Positions 60,947 through 64,000 of a stretch of DNA of 64,000 nt are shown in pieces. Within the stretch, counting starts at the first letter, position 1; every line of letters begins with the position of its first letter. Source of the stretch: an uncultured delta proteobacterium (GTDB lineage: Bacteria > Desulfobacterota > RBG-13-43-22); assembly GCA_963743305.1 (NCBI GenBank), contig CAVUPH010000007.1, forward strand, positions 160,001 through 224,000, given 5' to 3'. The position numbers were made by a program, and so were the translations under genes. A model generated the notes under the pieces. That model was not told the DNA's origin. It made no database searches and saw nothing but the letters and a program-made list of their open reading frames with translations.

Positions 60947-61979
60947 AGGCGTTCATAAGATTGCCGACGCGCCGGATATCGATATTCACCGGGCAGAACT
61001 GAACGCAGCGGCCGCAGCCGACACAGGCCACCCCGTTACCGTATTTATCCACGAAATACTTTAACTTATGCATGAACCGTTGCCGGACCCGTTGTAGTTT
61101 CTGCTCGCGGGGGTTATGGCCGGAGCCGTGCAGGGTGAACAGCGGATACATGCAGGCATCCCAATTCCGCATTCGAATTCCCTTTGTCCCTTCCACTTCG
61201 TCCTGGATGTCGAAACACCAACAGGTGGGGCAGAGGTAGGTGCAGGTGCCGCAATTAATGCAGGAAAACTGAACCTCTTCCCAAAAGGGGGCGTTGAAAA
61301 GGGGCAAGAGGGGTTGATCCTTAAGCCGATCGGTAGCCACCTGGATGGGCAGAGCGGTCTCCGCTTCCCGGCGAATGTTTTCCGCCTGCTGCCGTTGATC
61401 GTCGGATGGGTTTTGGGCTTCAGCGGCTTCTTTAAGCAGGGCTTCGCCTTTTTCGGTAATCGCCTGGAGGAGATAGGTTTCCCCCAAATCGGTCAGCAGA
61501 ACATCCAATCCGACCGGGTTAAACGGGCCGCCGCCAACCGAAGTGCAGAAGCAGGTAGAACAGGGCTGGTTGCAACCCAGACCTACCAGGGTGAGGGTGT
61601 CACGTCCATGCTGCCACCAGGGATCCTGGTACTCCGGGTTGACGAAGTTTATCTCCACCAGCTTTAGCGCCTGAGCGTCGCAGGGGCGGACGCCCAACAA
61701 CAGGCGGGGAGTCTCATCCCAGGGGGATTCTTTCAATATATGGGCTTCCGGATCGGAGGGATCCAGACTGAACTGAAACATCCGTTCGGAAGGAGGCTGA
61801 ACCAATTGTTTCGGAGAGAGGCGTGCGTTTTGAAAGGAAAAATCCGGCCCTTCCTCTTCCCCCAGGGCGATGAAGTTAAACTGATCCCCCTGCCGAACCG
61901 GTCCGATCAATTGAAACTGTTGATGGAGACGGCGCAACCAGGCGGCGAAATCTTTCTTGGCAAGACTCTTGGTTGTCAT
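60933..61979 (-). CDS. flxB: 4Fe-4S dicluster subunit (FlxB / AsrA-like)
   Basis: GVRPCD, C..PC.TCFC, CINCGTCTYLCPTCWCF, RQRFMHK, CVGCGRCV.FCPV.IDI. Confidence 0.85.
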   Translation of the reverse strand: MTTKSLAKKDFAAWLRRLHQQFQLIGPVRQGDQFNFIALGEEEGPDFSFQNARLSPKQLVQPPSERMFQFSLDPSDPEAHILKESPWDETPRLLLGVRPCDAQALKLVEINFVNPEYQDPWWQHGRDTLTLVGLGCNQPCSTCFCTSVGGGPFNPVGLDVLLTDLGETYLLQAITEKGEALLKEAAEAQNPSDDQRQQAENIRREAETALPIQVATDRLKDQPLLPLFNAPFWEEVQFSCINCGTCTYLCPTCWCFDIQDEVEGTKGIRMRNWDACMYPLFTLHGSGHNPREQKLQRVRQRFMHKLKYFVDKYGNGVACVGCGRCVQFCPVNIDIRRVGNLMNAFEAK

Positions 61980-62005
61980 GTGTCAGGTCCTTAGTCCGTA
62001 TGGTA

Positions 62006-62956
62006 TTATTTGATAAATTCCTGGAGGTCGTCGGGCAGAAACACATCCAGGGGCGGGCGACCCTCGACGATAACCCCGGCCTCGAAGTGATAACGGTCCC
62101 AGACGTCCTTTTCCAGTTTTTTGGTAAACTGCCGGACCTTGATCCCTACGGGGCAGGACCGTTCGCAGGCCCCGCAATCGGTACAGCGGCCGGCCAGGTG
62201 ATAGGCGCGCATGAAATGAAAGGTCCGGAGGTCAGTTTTATCCAGGCTCTTTCCGACCCATTGCGGTTTGGATTCATCCGCAAAGCACAAGGGGCAGTAA
62301 CACTGGGGACAGGCATTTCGGCAGGCGTAACAGCGGATGCAGGGTTCGATCAATCGCTCGAAATATTGCCACTTCTCCTCCGGAGTCATGGCCTCCACGG
62401 CGCGGATATCTTCGTACCGGTCTACCCCAGTCTGCTCCGGGACAGCTTCGCCTAAAAGCTCATCATAAATAACCGGATTCCGATGGAGACAGATGGCGCA
62501 ATTATCCTGGAGCAACTCCGTCCGGGGAAAACGCTCTTCAAACCCACGGCCCTCCACCAGGACCTGATCCTTCTCCTCCCGGACCTCCAAGGGTTCCCGC
62601 CCCGCAAGCCGGATCCAAACCTTGCGGCGGTCCAACATGCCCAGGCAGGGAGCGCCGAGGATAACCAGTTGATCCCGCTGGATCTGTCCTTCCTGAAGGT
62701 GGACAACGATGTTTCGGCTGTCGCAACCCTTGGCCACAATAGCGATCCGTTCGGTGCGCTTGGGAAGATAATTGGCCAGATTAACGCCGCAGAAGGAATC
62801 CCAGTAGAGCTGATCCGCCTGTTCGGCCCGGCGGATCTGTATCGGTTCATTCATCATGGGGACGGTGCCCCGGCGGTAGCCGATGACTACCTCTACCTTC
62901 CCCTCTGCGAGGAGTCTTTGGGCGGCTTCCTGTATTTTTTCCGTGTAATTCATCAT
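62006..62956 (-). CDS. flxC: 4Fe-4S subunit FlxC
   Basis: KGCD.R, CIRCYACRNACP.CYC..C, H.AGRCTDCGACERSCP. Confidence 0.82.
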   Translation of the reverse strand: MMNYTEKIQEAAQRLLAEGKVEVVIGYRRGTVPMMNEPIQIRRAEQADQLYWDSFCGVNLANYLPKRTERIAIVAKGCDSRNIVVHLQEGQIQRDQLVILGAPCLGMLDRRKVWIRLAGREPLEVREEKDQVLVEGRGFEERFPRTELLQDNCAICLHRNPVIYDELLGEAVPEQTGVDRYEDIRAVEAMTPEEKWQYFERLIEPCIRCYACRNACPQCYCPLCFADESKPQWVGKSLDKTDLRTFHFMRAYHLAGRCTDCGACERSCPVGIKVRQFTKKLEKDVWDRYHFEAGVIVEGRPPLDVFLPDDLQEFIK

Positions 62957-63391
62957 TTATGCTACCTCAGCCAAATGTTTTCTGAAGTGGGGGGATGGCC
63001 CCAGGGCCTTGATATCGTTGGTAACCTCCGTAACCACCTGTTGAAACTTGGTGGCCTCGGCCGATGATATCCAGGAAAATTGCAGACGCCCCGGTTGAAT
63101 ACCCATGTGCTCCAGGAGGCCTTTAAAAAGGGCGAATTTTCTCCGGGCGTAATAGTTGCCGGCGATGAAATGACAATCCCCCGGGTGACAGCCGGAAACC
63201 CAGACGCCGTCCGCCCCGTGGCGAAAAGCCCCCAGGATGAATTTGGGATCCAGACGGCCCGTGCAGGGGATCCGAATGACACGGATGTTGGGGGGATATT
63301 GCAACCGACTGACGCCGGCCAGGTCAGCCCCTCCGTAAGTGCACCAGTTACAGAAAAAAGCAATGATTTTTGGTTCAAACGGTTCACTCAT
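62957..63391 (-). CDS. mvhD: MvhD/FlxD [2Fe-2S] subunit
   Basis: FCNWCTY.GADLAG.SR, PCTGR, GCHPGDCH..GN. Confidence 0.92.
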   Translation of the reverse strand: MSEPFEPKIIAFFCNWCTYGGADLAGVSRLQYPPNIRVIRIPCTGRLDPKFILGAFRHGADGVWVSGCHPGDCHFIAGNYYARRKFALFKGLLEHMGIQPGRLQFSWISSAEATKFQQVVTEVTNDIKALGPSPHFRKHLAEVA

Positions 63392-63484
63392 AACAAATCC
63401 TTTTTACGCTTGGCGCAAAGCGCTGAGCGCGAAGCGTTACTAGGTTTTTTTATCTAAAATTTGGACGCGCTTTTTGTCCAAATT

Positions 63485-64000
63485 TTAGGCGGCATCGATC
63501 ATGGCGAATATCTGGTCCTGGTTGAAGCCCTTCAAGGTGATGGCCCCGGAACGACAGGAGGCCACACAAAGGCCGCAGCCCTTGCAGAGAGCGGGGTTGA
63601 TTTCGGCTTTGGCGGTTTTTTCGTTCCAGCCGGGGGCCGAGTAAGGACAAATAGCCACACAGACTCCGCAACGGCTGCAGATGGCCTGATTGGTCAGGGC
63701 CACGGTCCCGCTGACTTCGATATTCAGGCTGGATAGCAGGGTGACGGCCCGGGCAATGGCGGCCTGGGCCTGGGCGATGGATTCATCCACCGGTTTGGGG
63801 TAATGGGCCAGGCCGCAAAGAAAGACCCCGTCGGTGGCAAAGTCCACCGGCCGCAACTTGGCATGAGCTTCCACGAAAAACCCGTCGTCATTCAAAGGGA
63901 CCTTGAAGAACTGGGCCAGTTCGTGGTCCTTATAGGAAGTGATGGCCCCGGCCAACCCCAAGAGGTCGGCCTGGATCTGGACTTCCTGACTGAGGATATG
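63485..64000 (-). CDS. hdrA: Heterodisulfide reductase subunit A, C-terminal part (partial at window edge)
   Basis: FFVEAH.KLRPVDF.TDGVFLCG.AH.PK...SI.QA.AA, then CSRCG.C...CPY and CKGCG.C...C. The frame is open to the window end. Confidence 0.92.
   Translation of the reverse strand, partial: HILSQEVQIQADLLGLAGAITSYKDHELAQFFKVPLNDDGFFVEAHAKLRPVDFATDGVFLCGLAHYPKPVDESIAQAQAAIARAVTLLSSLNIEVSGTVALTNQAICSRCGVCVAICPYSAPGWNEKTAKAEINPALCKGCGLCVASCRSGAITLKGFNQDQIFAMIDAA

Noticed and set aside
62957-64000. Selenocysteine in MvhD or the HdrA C-terminus
   Set aside because: All motif positions visible in the window are Cys codons.
1-64000. CRISPR array, tRNA/rRNA, prophage or defence system
   Set aside because: I saw no regularly spaced direct repeats, cloverleaf or rRNA signatures, phage genes or recognisable defence genes by eye.

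Overview
This is a moderately GC-rich bacterial window. Gene content suggests an anaerobic Desulfobacterota (former Deltaproteobacteria) genome or MAG; that is an inference. (1) 1-3 kb: end of an HD-GYP gene, a cupin, a type II DnaJ/CbpA and a divergent orphan MreB-like gene. (2) About 3-34.4 kb: a large surface-glycosylation island. It has DPM1/ArnC-like GT2s, three GT-C-type membrane proteins (two with appended carbohydrate-binding-like domains), AsnB, a NodU-type carbamoyltransferase with a fused SxtJ-SxtK partner, a PA14-SGNH protein, methyl-, acyl- and radical-SAM tailoring enzymes, and a coupled PHP/GlpD-like/MTase/GT4/SDR cassette. (3) About 34.5-47 kb: an accessory segment with an orphan XXXCH-domain gene, a hybrid histidine kinase, gene fragments, and a TolC-MFP-RND efflux system with an OmpR-type two-component pair. 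(4) 47-52 kb: pgl-zwf behind a hidden gnd remnant, a DUF5661-like gene, an amidase, and a glutaredoxin-like UxxC selenoprotein that the ORF track truncates. (5) 52-58.6 kb: three GT4s, a flippase and ppiD. (6) 58.7-64 kb: hdrA-flxDCBA, ending in an HdrC+CCG (HdrD/GlpC-like) gene with an in-frame UGA (E-U-G-H) and a SECIS-like hairpin. About ten apparent single-base frameshifts, mostly in homopolymers, suggest sequencing or assembly indels. Two families of palindromic intergenic repeats each occur twice. No rRNA, tRNA, CRISPR array or intact transposase was seen.
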